This document shows, one piece after another, positions 33,025 to 43,975 of a stretch of DNA of 64,000 nt. A program made the position numbers and the translations under genes. Each line of letters begins with the position of its first letter. Within the stretch, counting starts at the first letter, position 1. The DNA is taken from the NCBI GenBank assembly GCA_018394315.1, contig CP074575.1, positions 496,001 through 560,000 of the forward strand, written 5' to 3'. The DNA comes from Mycoplasmatota bacterium (GTDB lineage Bacteria; Bacillota_I; Bacilli_A; MAG-NZ). The notes under the pieces are model-generated. The model saw nothing but the letters and a program-made list of their open reading frames with translations, was not told the DNA's origin and did not search any database.

Positions 33025-34314
33025 TTATTTTTTTTCTGTGTCAATCACTTCAGTCTCTATTTCTACCTGTGATATTTCAGAAAAACGTCTAGATATTTTA
33101 TTACTAGTAGTATGTACATCTTTTACTCTTTTAGTAACTGTATCAATTGTTTTTGATAAATCATCCCATCTCTTTTTATACCTATTAAAATCATCACCTA
33201 GCTTACCTAGCTCATCCTGTATAACTTTCGCATGTTTATCTCTTTCAATGTCTCTTAATACTGCTTGAATTATCGTTAGCATACTCATGATAGTTGTAGG
33301 CGAAGTTAATGCAACTTTTTTGTTTTGAGAATGTACTATAATGTCTGGGTGATACGCATTAATTTCCGCAAAAACAGCTTCAGCAGGAATAAACATAATT
33401 GCCTGTTCAGAAGTTTCACCGGGAACGATGTACTTTTCACTAATATCGTTTATATGTTTTTTAACATCATCCTTAAACTTCTTAGTAGCTATGTTTCTTT
33501 CCATATCCGGTAAACTTCTATCTACCATTCTTTGATAGTTCTCTAAAGGAAATTTTGAGTCTATACAAATGTTACCTAATGGCTCAGGTCCATAAATAAT
33601 TGCATCAACCATAGTCCCGTTTGACATTTTTCTCTGGAGTTCATAAATCTTCTTGTTATTATCCCCAAAAATAGATGATAGTATTTGATTTAACTGAACT
33701 TCACCGAACGTACCTCTCGATTTTTTGTCAGTTAGTACTGATTGTAAATCTACAATGTTAGTTGATAATTGTTCTATCTTCTTCTGCGCTTCATCAATTT
33801 TTGATATTCTCTCTAAGATATTGTTGAAGGTTTTTGTTGTTTTTTCAAAACCTTCATTTAATCTTTCTTCCACTTTTTCATTGATTCTAGTTAATTGCTT
33901 CTCTACCTCACTGTTCAGGCTTTTAAAATCTTTAGTAATTTGTGTATTTAAAGAATTTCTAAATTCATTTATATCCTTATTAAGTTTTTCATTATTGCTT
34001 GATATATTTTTGGATAATTCTAATTTTAATTCTCCATACTCTTTGGTGATCTGAGTAGTGAAGTTATCCTTGAATTCAGTAATTTCTTTATTCATTTTTT
34101 CGCTATTATTTGAAATTGATTTAGTTAGTTTTAATGATAATTCACCACTATCTTTTGTTATTCTGTTCAGCACTTCATAGTTCTGTTCTAATTGAGATTT
34201 ATTGAACAATTGCTTAATCTGACTTAGTTCACTGTTTTTTTCTTTTCTCAATAATATAAATAAATTCAGGATAATTACTATTACTATCCCCATTCCAATT
34301 AAAGTATCTCCCAC
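33025..34314 (-). CDS. rmuC: DNA recombination protein RmuC
   Basis: N-terminal TM, coiled coil, RGTFGEVQL, IDSKFP, MFIPAE, SPTT. Confidence 0.93.
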   Translation of the reverse strand: MGDTLIGMGIVIVIILNLFILLRKEKNSELSQIKQLFNKSQLEQNYEVLNRITKDSGELSLKLTKSISNNSEKMNKEITEFKDNFTTQITKEYGELKLELSKNISSNNEKLNKDINEFRNSLNTQITKDFKSLNSEVEKQLTRINEKVEERLNEGFEKTTKTFNNILERISKIDEAQKKIEQLSTNIVDLQSVLTDKKSRGTFGEVQLNQILSSIFGDNNKKIYELQRKMSNGTMVDAIIYGPEPLGNICIDSKFPLENYQRMVDRSLPDMERNIATKKFKDDVKKHINDISEKYIVPGETSEQAIMFIPAEAVFAEINAYHPDIIVHSQNKKVALTSPTTIMSMLTIIQAVLRDIERDKHAKVIQDELGKLGDDFNRYKKRWDDLSKTIDTVTKRVKDVHTTSNKISRRFSEISQVEIETEVIDTEKK

Positions 34315-34319
34315 TTACT

Positions 34320-34952
34320 TCACCCCTTATAATAAATATTTACTTCATTGTTGTTAACTTCTTTATATAAATAAAGTTCTGTCTTATTGCTTATAATTAT
34401 ATCATTGACAGTGACTATTCCGTAATCATAATTAAGATCAATATTAACCCCTTTGTATATTTTAGTAATTAAGTCGGTACAGTATCGCTTGTTTGGGTTA
34501 TCATAAAAGGGAAACCAGTTATAAGTTTGATCTATGTATTTTTCGTAATTAAGTTTAGCTTCATTGTCAATTCTTAAACCAATTACTTCTATTTCATTTT
34601 CTAACCAGTCATTATCATATATTTTAACAATATTATCATTATCCAAATTACCAAAAATTTCTACAGTTTTATTATCTTCTAAAATCACAGCAGCGTGACC
34701 ACCAACAAAAAACGATATCATATCCCTTAAGAATAAATTGGGATTACCACTTTTTCTACTTAATAAAACATCCCCGTAATTATTCAAAGTAATATTAGAT
34801 TCTATTTTGTAGTAGTTTACATCATCAATAGTTTCCTGGTAAACTGCTTTTTCTTTAAATTCGAGTAACTCTTTATTAATTAGAAAAGTCTCCACCATAG
34901 TGTGAAGAATATAAACACATAATAGAATTAACAACACTTTTATCAATTTCAT
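34320..34952 (-). CDS. Membrane-anchored permuted papain-like (YiiX/NlpC-P60 superfamily) protein
   Basis: N-terminal TM, GDVLL, GHAAV (His) before YCTDL (Cys). Confidence 0.6.
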   Translation of the reverse strand: MKLIKVLLILLCVYILHTMVETFLINKELLEFKEKAVYQETIDDVNYYKIESNITLNNYGDVLLSRKSGNPNLFLRDMISFFVGGHAAVILEDNKTVEIFGNLDNDNIVKIYDNDWLENEIEVIGLRIDNEAKLNYEKYIDQTYNWFPFYDNPNKRYCTDLITKIYKGVNIDLNYDYGIVTVNDIIISNKTELYLYKEVNNNEVNIYYKG

Positions 34953-35016
34953 AATTTCACCTAAACAAAAGAGCCCCTTAGGCTCTAATTTTATCATATA
35001 ACGAATATATTGACTA

Positions 35017-35622
35017 TTATCTAGCTTTAATAACTAAACAACGATTTGGATCTTCTCCAACTGATTCAGTATACACATCTCTCCACTCGGATAATTTAGC
35101 ATGAACTATTCTTCTTTCATAAGAATTCATAGGATCAAGAATAGCTTCTATTTTTGTTCTTGCAACTTCTTTAGCAGTTCTTGTAGCTAACATCTCTAAT
35201 TGTAAGATTCTATTATCTTTATACCCACCAATATCGACATTAAAGTTTATTTTTTCATCTGAATATATATACATAATTTGTTTGCACATAAATTGGATAG
35301 CATTTAATGTTTTTCCTTCTCTACCAATAAGAAGTGGATTATTGTCTGTTTGGATACTAAACGTAGTTGAATTTTCATTGTTTTTAATATCAATGCTATA
35401 ATCAATATCCATTCCCTCTAACATATCTTTTAAATAATTATAAATAACATCAATAATATCTTCATCTATTCTCGCTTCAACAGTTAATGTTTTACCTTTT
35501 AATAAACTTTTCTTTTCTTTAATGATTTCTAGTTTTATCTTATCTTTACTAACTCTTAACTCTGGAACTGCTAGTTCCAATGCTTGCTCAAGCGATTTTA
35601 CTTCAAACTGAATTTTTCTCAT
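35017..35622 (-). CDS. jag: RNA-binding protein Jag/KhpB (KH + R3H)
   Basis: LIGREGKTLNAIQ, PMNSYERRIVH, TESVGEDPNR. Confidence 0.95.
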   Translation of the reverse strand: MRKIQFEVKSLEQALELAVPELRVSKDKIKLEIIKEKKSLLKGKTLTVEARIDEDIIDVIYNYLKDMLEGMDIDYSIDIKNNENSTTFSIQTDNNPLLIGREGKTLNAIQFMCKQIMYIYSDEKINFNVDIGGYKDNRILQLEMLATRTAKEVARTKIEAILDPMNSYERRIVHAKLSEWRDVYTESVGEDPNRCLVIKAR

Positions 35623-35625
35623 AAA

Positions 35626-36507
35626 TTACCTCTTAAGGTCAAGTAGTTTTTTATCTGACAATCTATAATTTATAGTTGTTTGTACTAATGAATATGTGTT
35701 ACCTATCATCCAGTAGAAACCTAATGCAGCTGGCGAAGAATAAGCTACAAACGCCATCATAAATACCATTACATACATCATTACTTGCATTTGTTTTTGC
35801 ATACCTTGCGCTTTTTCATTTCTACGATAGTTAGGAACATTGCTTTGTGCTTTCTTACTTCTTCTTTGAGACACATATTGTAATGCAAACATTGTCGCTG
35901 CTACTACAATAGGAATAATTATATATGCAAAGTTTGAAGGAATCTCATCTTTTACCACTTTAAGTAAATCAATTCCGAAGATTGTAGTATTTCCGCCTAT
36001 TTCATTTAAATCTAAAACACCTGTTCCCATATTATTAGGAATTCTTCTAACAGCATAATAAATAGCTAAGAAAATCGGCATTTGTAAGAAAGGTAATAAA
36101 CAACCAAGTGGATTTACTCCATATTTTCTATATAATTGCTGAATCTCCATTTGCATTCTTTGTTGAGATTCTTTATCTTTTTTATCAGCATATTTAGCCT
36201 GTATTTTTTGTTGTTCTGGTTGCATTGCCTGCATCTTTAAACTCATATCATTACTCTTTGAATAAATCGGCCAACCTGCAGTACGAACTATTAAAGTAGT
36301 TATAATAATTCCGACAAAGTAATACCCACCAGCAATCTCAGTCACTTTATACAACATCCAAGATACTGGATATACAATATATTTAGTGAAAAAAGATCCT
36401 TCATATGTAATTGGTGATTCCAAAACTTCTTGAGATACGCATCCACTTAGTACTAATACAATTACTAACAATGTGATTATCATTTTTAATTTATTAAACT
36501 TGATCAT
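35626..36507 (-). CDS. yidC: Membrane protein insertase YidC/SpoIIIJ
   Basis: Lipobox LSGC, GCLLPFLQMPIF, YW; rnpA-yidC-jag synteny. Confidence 0.96.
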   Translation of the reverse strand: MIKFNKLKMIITLLVIVLVLSGCVSQEVLESPITYEGSFFTKYIVYPVSWMLYKVTEIAGGYYFVGIIITTLIVRTAGWPIYSKSNDMSLKMQAMQPEQQKIQAKYADKKDKESQQRMQMEIQQLYRKYGVNPLGCLLPFLQMPIFLAIYYAVRRIPNNMGTGVLDLNEIGGNTTIFGIDLLKVVKDEIPSNFAYIIIPIVVAATMFALQYVSQRRSKKAQSNVPNYRRNEKAQGMQKQMQVMMYVMVFMMAFVAYSSPAALGFYWMIGNTYSLVQTTINYRLSDKKLLDLKR

Positions 36508-36850
36508 GTGTTCTCCTTCTAAACATCTCTGCTTTCTTCAAAAGCTTTATGATGTTTTCCTCTATTTCTTTAAATTTTAACTCTCTTGCTACTAACTTAA
36601 TCACTATAAATATATCCATTTTTTCCAAATTTGAACTATTCTTTTGGATGATTTCTCTTACTTGTCTTTTTATGTGATTTCTTTCAACTGCATTCCCGTA
36701 TTTTTTATTGACAGAAACTGCATATCTAAAGTTAGTTATTTTTCTGTTTTCTGACTTATAAATAACAAAATATTTATTACCAACTGTTTTCCGTTTTTTA
36801 AGAATTTGAACGATTTCGTCACTCTTCTTTATTCTATATTTTTTTTTCAT
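36494..36850 (-). CDS. rnpA: Ribonuclease P protein component
   Basis: SVNKKYGNAVERNHIKRQVRE. Confidence 0.96.
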   Translation of the reverse strand: MKKKYRIKKSDEIVQILKKRKTVGNKYFVIYKSENRKITNFRYAVSVNKKYGNAVERNHIKRQVREIIQKNSSNLEKMDIFIVIKLVARELKFKEIEENIIKLLKKAEMFRRRTHDQV

Positions 36851-36912
36851 CTCAAAAAAAAACTTGAAAAAGATATTATTTTTTTCAAGTGGTCCGAGTT
36901 TTTATTATTTAA

Positions 36913-37047
36913 TTAAACAGCTAATCTTTGTCTACCTTTTCTACGTCTTCTTTTTAAAACATTTCTTCCGCCTGGTGTAGCCATTCTTGCTCTAAAACCA
37001 TGCGTTTTTGCTCTCTTGCGAGTATTTGGTTGATATGTTCTCTTCAT
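36913..37047 (-). CDS. rpmH: 50S ribosomal protein L34
   Basis: Manual translation [53 protein letters not shown]. Confidence 0.98.
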   Translation of the reverse strand: MKRTYQPNTRKRAKTHGFRARMATPGGRNVLKRRRRKGRQRLAV

Positions 37048-37148
37048 AAAGACACCTCCTAATTAAACAGTTGCGCATTATATTATCTCAAAAAGATAAC
37101 CAAAAGTCAACTTCTTTTTTTATTAATGAAATTGGTAAATTTTTGTGC

Positions 37149-37517
37149 CTACTCAAAGACTCTCCATAAATACTCTTGAGTGCCTTCAACATAAATATAT
37201 ATATTGAATATATTTCTATCCGACTTTGTTATATTAATAAAATTTTCTCCAGTAGTCAAGTTATATTCTTCAATTTCTTTTTTATAATCAGAATAAATCA
37301 TATGAATATAAATTTTAGCATCTTCTAAAGACTCAATTCTTAGTTTCACAGTTCTATCATCATACTCAATAATTTCAACCTGATCAGTAACTACATAATC
37401 CTTATATAGAATATTAATAAACAACTCTTTATTAAACTTATTCCAAAGAAAAGGTATCGTAATAAGGAAGATAATTAACAACAAAAATACTACTTTTATT
37501 ACTATTGACTTTTTCAC
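37149..37517 (-). CDS. Hypothetical membrane-anchored protein between rpmH and dnaA
   Basis: GTG start with AAGGAG RBS, N-terminal TM, beta-rich domain. Confidence 0.65.
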   Translation of the reverse strand: MKKSIVIKVVFLLLIIFLITIPFLWNKFNKELFINILYKDYVVTDQVEIIEYDDRTVKLRIESLEDAKIYIHMIYSDYKKEIEEYNLTTGENFINITKSDRNIFNIYIYVEGTQEYLWRVFE

Positions 37518-37544
37518 ACTAATTTCTCCTTTCTTAACAATATT

Positions 37545-37717
37545 TTATACACAATTGTTGATTAAAAACTTATCGTGTTTATTTTAATAAAATATGTGGA
37601 TAACCTGTATCTATACAGTAATAACAACATTTATATATTTATATTATAGTAGTTTTCCACATTATTTCACACACTATTGTTATGTGGATAATAGTTTTCC
37701 ACATTTTTTGTGTAAAA
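37545..37717. other. oriC, upstream DnaA-box cluster
   Basis: TTATACACA 37545, TGTGGATAA 37595 and 37683, TTTTCCACA 37653 and 37695, TGTGTAAAA 37709; predominant gene strand switches here. Confidence 0.9.
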
Positions 37718-37778
37718 CTTTCTGTTTTTTTCCTCATATGTTTGTGTTATTATACATTACGGGTAAGGGGATTTTAAT

Positions 37779-39140
37779 ATGGAAGAAAAGTACTTAGGCC
37801 TTTGGGTAAAAATTAAATATATGCTACAACAAACTATTGGTGAGAAGACTTTTAATGAGTATTTTGAGCCCATAAATAAAATAGCTAAAGTTGAAAATAA
37901 TACAATTTTCATGCTAACACCTAATAATTTTATAAAGAATAGGATTGATAAATTATTCTTGAATAAAATTAATGAATACTCATCAAGAGAAAGTAATATT
38001 TCTTTACGATTTAAATTTATTACTAATGATGAGATAGTTAAGGTAGAAACTGAAAGAATTAACACAGAAATTATCAATAATATGGAAACTATTCGTAACG
38101 GTAATTTGAATCAAACATATACCTTCGAAAACTTCGTTACAGGTAGAAATAATCGTCTTGCTTCAACAATTGCCATCCAAGTTGCAGACCAGCCAGGTGT
38201 TTTTGCAAATCCACTCTATATTTTTGGAGATGTTGGCTTAGGTAAGACACATTTGATGCAATCCATTGGTAATTACATTATAGATAATAATCATACAAAA
38301 ACAGTTCTTTACGTGAAAACAGAGAATTTTGTAGAAGATTATGTTAATTTGTTGAGAAGTAAGCAAATAGAAAAATTTAATGAAAAATATAAAGATATTG
38401 ATGTCTTACTTGTTGATGATATACAATTCTTATCTAAGAAAAATCAATCACAACAAGAGTTCTTTAAATTGTTTGAAAAACTACATGCTCAAAACAAGCA
38501 AATTGTAATTACAAGTGATAGACCAACAACTGAGCTTAAAGACATAATGACTAGATTAACTTCAAGGTTTAGTTGGGGCTTAGTAGCTGATATTAATGCA
38601 CCAGACCTAGAACATAGAATTGAGATTCTCAAAAAAAAATTAACTACACACTCTATTCAAGGTGATGATATACCTTTAGAGGTCTTAGAATTAATAGCCA
38701 AGAACTTTACTAGCAGTGTTAGGGAGTTAGAAGGTGCTTTAAATAGAGTAATTTTCTATAAAACTATGCTCAACGAAGATTTGACTGTAGATAACACTCT
38801 AGAAGCTCTAAAACCACTACTAAAAAACAAAGAATTAAACAAAAATCTAAATAAAACGAGTGATGTGGACAAGTTGTTTGATATAGTCTGTGGATATTAT
38901 AATATCTCTCGTACAGATGTAATTAGTAACTCAAGAAAAAGATCGATAGTATATCCACGCCAAGTTATTATGTATTTGATGAGAAAAATATATGAAATTC
39001 CTTTTAAGAAAATTGGTTCTTTCTTTAATGGAAAAGATCATTCTACAGTTATAAATTCTTGCGAAAAAATAACGTTTGGAATAAAAAATGAAGATAATAT
39101 AAAAAAAGATATTGAAAATTTAGAAAGTAAGATAAAATAG
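37779..39140 (+). CDS. dnaA: Chromosomal replication initiator DnaA
   Basis: YTFENFV, NPLYIFGDVGLGKTHL, DDIQF, RELEGA, KDHSTV. Confidence 0.99.
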   Translation: MEEKYLGLWVKIKYMLQQTIGEKTFNEYFEPINKIAKVENNTIFMLTPNNFIKNRIDKLFLNKINEYSSRESNISLRFKFITNDEIVKVETERINTEIINNMETIRNGNLNQTYTFENFVTGRNNRLASTIAIQVADQPGVFANPLYIFGDVGLGKTHLMQSIGNYIIDNNHTKTVLYVKTENFVEDYVNLLRSKQIEKFNEKYKDIDVLLVDDIQFLSKKNQSQQEFFKLFEKLHAQNKQIVITSDRPTTELKDIMTRLTSRFSWGLVADINAPDLEHRIEILKKKLTTHSIQGDDIPLEVLELIAKNFTSSVRELEGALNRVIFYKTMLNEDLTVDNTLEALKPLLKNKELNKNLNKTSDVDKLFDIVCGYYNISRTDVISNSRKRSIVYPRQVIMYLMRKIYEIPFKKIGSFFNGKDHSTVINSCEKITFGIKNEDNIKKDIENLESKIK

Positions 39141-39340
39141 TAGTTGTTGATAAAACTACTATTTTTTTTTAAAATTAGAGTTTATAAACACTCAAATTGT
39201 GGAAAAATATTACTGTTATTATAATGATAAATTCGTTATATTATGGTATAATTACTATGTAAGAGTTGTATATTATTTATATTACTAACATATCAACAAC
39301 ACTTAACAACAATAACAAATAATTAATTAAATATATATAA
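39141..39340. other. oriC, dnaA-dnaN intergenic part (degenerate DnaA boxes, AT-rich unwinding region)
   Basis: TGTTGATAA 39145, TTATAAACA 39182, TGTGGAAAA 39198, ATATCAACA 39290, then a CAA/TAA-rich and AT-only stretch. Confidence 0.75.
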
Positions 39341-39351
39341 GGGGTGTTTCT

Positions 39352-40470
39352 ATGATTTTTAGTATTGATAGGGAAAGTTTAGTTGATGCATTAACAGCTG
39401 CTAGTAGAGCTTTATCAAATAAAACTCCAATGCCTATTTTAACAGGTGTTAAAATTGACGTTGATTATAACAAAGTTACAATTACTACAAGTAACTCAGA
39501 TATTTCAATGCAAGTAGTAATTAATAATAGTAATTTAAAGGTAGAAAAAATCGGTTCACACGTTATCCCCGGTAGATTCTTTATTGAAATAGCCAAAAAA
39601 ATTAAAGCTGAAACCGTTGAGATAACTGTAGTAGATGATAATTTAATAAATATTAAAGCAGGTCAATCTGATTTCACATTAAATGGTATGGAAAAAGAGC
39701 TATATCCTGAAATAAACTTTAATACACTAAACAATCCTATCATCTTAAGAGATGTAGATTTAAGATCAATTATTTATCAAACAAACTTTGCTACATCTGT
39801 TTTAGAAAATAGGCCAATCTTAACAGGTGTATTATTTGATATCAATGGACACAAACTGAAAGCGGTAGCTACAGACAGTTATCGATTAGCCCAAAAAGAA
39901 ATTGAATTAAATATCAGTAATGATATTAAACAAATAGTAATACCTCATCGTACATTAGAAGAACTATCAAGATTATTAACAAGTAATGAAAAAGTAGAAA
40001 TGTTTATTGCTGAAAATAAGGTTATATTTAAACATAAAAACGTGATGTTTCAATCAAGATTGTTAGAAGGGAGATTTCCTGAAACGAATAAATTGATACC
40101 AACTGAATTTCCAGTTGAATTATCATTTAGTAAAAACGAGTTAATAAGTGCTATTGAAAGAGCATCTTTACTTTATCAAGGTGGAAAAGATAATATAGTA
40201 AAACTTCAATTAAAGAAAGATGGAAATGTTATAATTACATCTCATAGTTCTGAAGTTGGAAAAGTTATCGAAGAAATTAAACCAACATTTAAAGAGAGTA
40301 GTGGAGAATTTGCAATAGCGTTTAGTGCAAAATATGTCATGGAATCACTTAGAGTATTTGAATCAAGCGATATTACAATGTATTTTACAGGAGTTGTGAA
40401 ACCATTTATTATAAAAGGTGAACTTGATGAAGGAATGCTACAGTTAGTTTTACCCGTAAGAGTTGAATAA
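39352..40470 (+). CDS. dnaN: DNA polymerase III beta clamp
   Basis: PILTGV, RPILTGV, VATDSYRLA, RLLEG.FP, LVLPVR. Confidence 0.98.
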   Translation: MIFSIDRESLVDALTAASRALSNKTPMPILTGVKIDVDYNKVTITTSNSDISMQVVINNSNLKVEKIGSHVIPGRFFIEIAKKIKAETVEITVVDDNLINIKAGQSDFTLNGMEKELYPEINFNTLNNPIILRDVDLRSIIYQTNFATSVLENRPILTGVLFDINGHKLKAVATDSYRLAQKEIELNISNDIKQIVIPHRTLEELSRLLTSNEKVEMFIAENKVIFKHKNVMFQSRLLEGRFPETNKLIPTEFPVELSFSKNELISAIERASLLYQGGKDNIVKLQLKKDGNVIITSHSSEVGKVIEEIKPTFKESSGEFAIAFSAKYVMESLRVFESSDITMYFTGVVKPFIIKGELDEGMLQLVLPVRVE

Positions 40471-40771
40471 AGCCGTCAGTTTTTGATGGTTTTTTTATGC
40501 AATTTATATCTTCAAATTAACAGAATTAAAATAACTCATTAATTAATAATATATTTTTTGGAGTAAAACTCCATAGAATATAAGTGTTGCATACTAAAAT
40601 AACACAATTTATACCTTTTTGGCTTAAAATTTGCGTTTTAAGCCTTTTTTTAATAAAAAACAAAAAAATCACTTCACATAATAATTTTATTTAGAGGTTA
40701 ATTTAATTGGTTTGTATTAAAAAATATGATATAATAATAGTGTAAAATAATTACAAATTTAAGAGGAAATT

Positions 40772-40981
40772 ATGGAAAAAATTCAAATAAAAACTGAATA
40801 TATTACTCTAGGTCAATTATTAAAATATCTAAACATAACGGGTAGTGGTGGTGAAACTAAAATTTTCCTATCAGAGTATGAAATTATGGTGAATGGAGTT
40901 ATAGAAAATCGACGTGGAAAAAAACTAAGATCGGGTGATTTGGTCGATATCGAAGACTTTGGAATTTACGAAATAGTATGA
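40772..40981 (+). CDS. yaaA: S4-domain protein YaaA
   Basis: EYITLGQLLK, SGGETK, VNG..E.RRGKKL..GD; dnaN-yaaA-recF synteny. Confidence 0.93.
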   Translation: MEKIQIKTEYITLGQLLKYLNITGSGGETKIFLSEYEIMVNGVIENRRGKKLRSGDLVDIEDFGIYEIV

Positions 40982-42054
40982 TTATTAACAATATCAAAGT
41001 TAGAAATTTTAGGTGTATCCATAACGCAGAATTAGAGTTTAATAAAAACCTAAATATTGTTGTTGGAAATAATGGTCAAGGAAAAACAAGTTTGTTGGAG
41101 TCTATTTATTTACTAGCATTTACTAAATCACATAAAACAAATTTTGAAAGAGAAGTTATTATGACTGGATGCGATTTTACAAAAGTTAACGCTGCAGTCG
41201 ATTTTTCTGAGACAAAAAAGGATTATAGTATTGTATTAACAAAGAAAACAAAAAAGACAAAGATAAATGACATAGAACAAAAAAAACTGAGCGAATACAT
41301 AGGAAAAATTAACGTTATAATGTTTTCACCTGAGGATTTAAGAATAATTAAGGGTGATCCAAATATTAAGAGGAAATTTATCGATTTAGAACTTGGTCAA
41401 ACATCTCCTATTTATATTTTTAATTTGCTTATGTATAAAAAAATTCTCAAACAAAGAAATGAATTACTAAAGAAAATTCAAAAAAATGAGATTGATGATT
41501 ACATATTACTGGATGTCATCACAGAACAATTAAGTCAATATGCAAGCAAAATTGTAGCTGAAAGAGAAATATTTATAGAGACGGTGAATTCTATCATTAA
41601 TTCTATTCATAGAAGTTTAACAAAAGACTTAGAAAAAATAAGAATCGAATACAAAAAAACTTATAAGGATGATCTATTTGAAGAGTTAAAAAACAAGTAC
41701 AAATATGATATCTTGGTTGGATCAACTTCAATGGGTCCACACAGAGATGATTTAGTTATTTATTTGAATGACGAAGATATATCAATTTATGGATCACAAG
41801 GACAACAAAGGACCGCGGTATTATCAATAAAACTTTCTTTAATTGAATTCGTTAAAAGTAAAATTAATGAATATCCAGTACTTTTATTAGATGATGTGTT
41901 TAGTGAACTAGATAGTACAAGACTAGAAAGTTTAATTGAATATATAAAGAGAAATATTCAAACATTTATAACAACTACTGATATAAGTTTTATAAATGAT
42001 GAATTAAGAGAAAAAGCTAATTTTTATTACGTAGAAAAAGGAAATATAAGGTAG
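40978..42054 (+). CDS. recF: DNA replication/repair protein RecF
   Basis: GNNGQGKT, GPHRDD, GSQGQQR, LLLDDVFSELD. Confidence 0.98.
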   Translation: MIINNIKVRNFRCIHNAELEFNKNLNIVVGNNGQGKTSLLESIYLLAFTKSHKTNFEREVIMTGCDFTKVNAAVDFSETKKDYSIVLTKKTKKTKINDIEQKKLSEYIGKINVIMFSPEDLRIIKGDPNIKRKFIDLELGQTSPIYIFNLLMYKKILKQRNELLKKIQKNEIDDYILLDVITEQLSQYASKIVAEREIFIETVNSIINSIHRSLTKDLEKIRIEYKKTYKDDLFEELKNKYKYDILVGSTSMGPHRDDLVIYLNDEDISIYGSQGQQRTAVLSIKLSLIEFVKSKINEYPVLLLDDVFSELDSTRLESLIEYIKRNIQTFITTTDISFINDELREKANFYYVEKGNIR

Positions 42055-42063
42055 GTGCTTTAA

Positions 42064-43965
<1,902 letters not shown>

Positions 43966-43975
43966 GGGGTAGACA

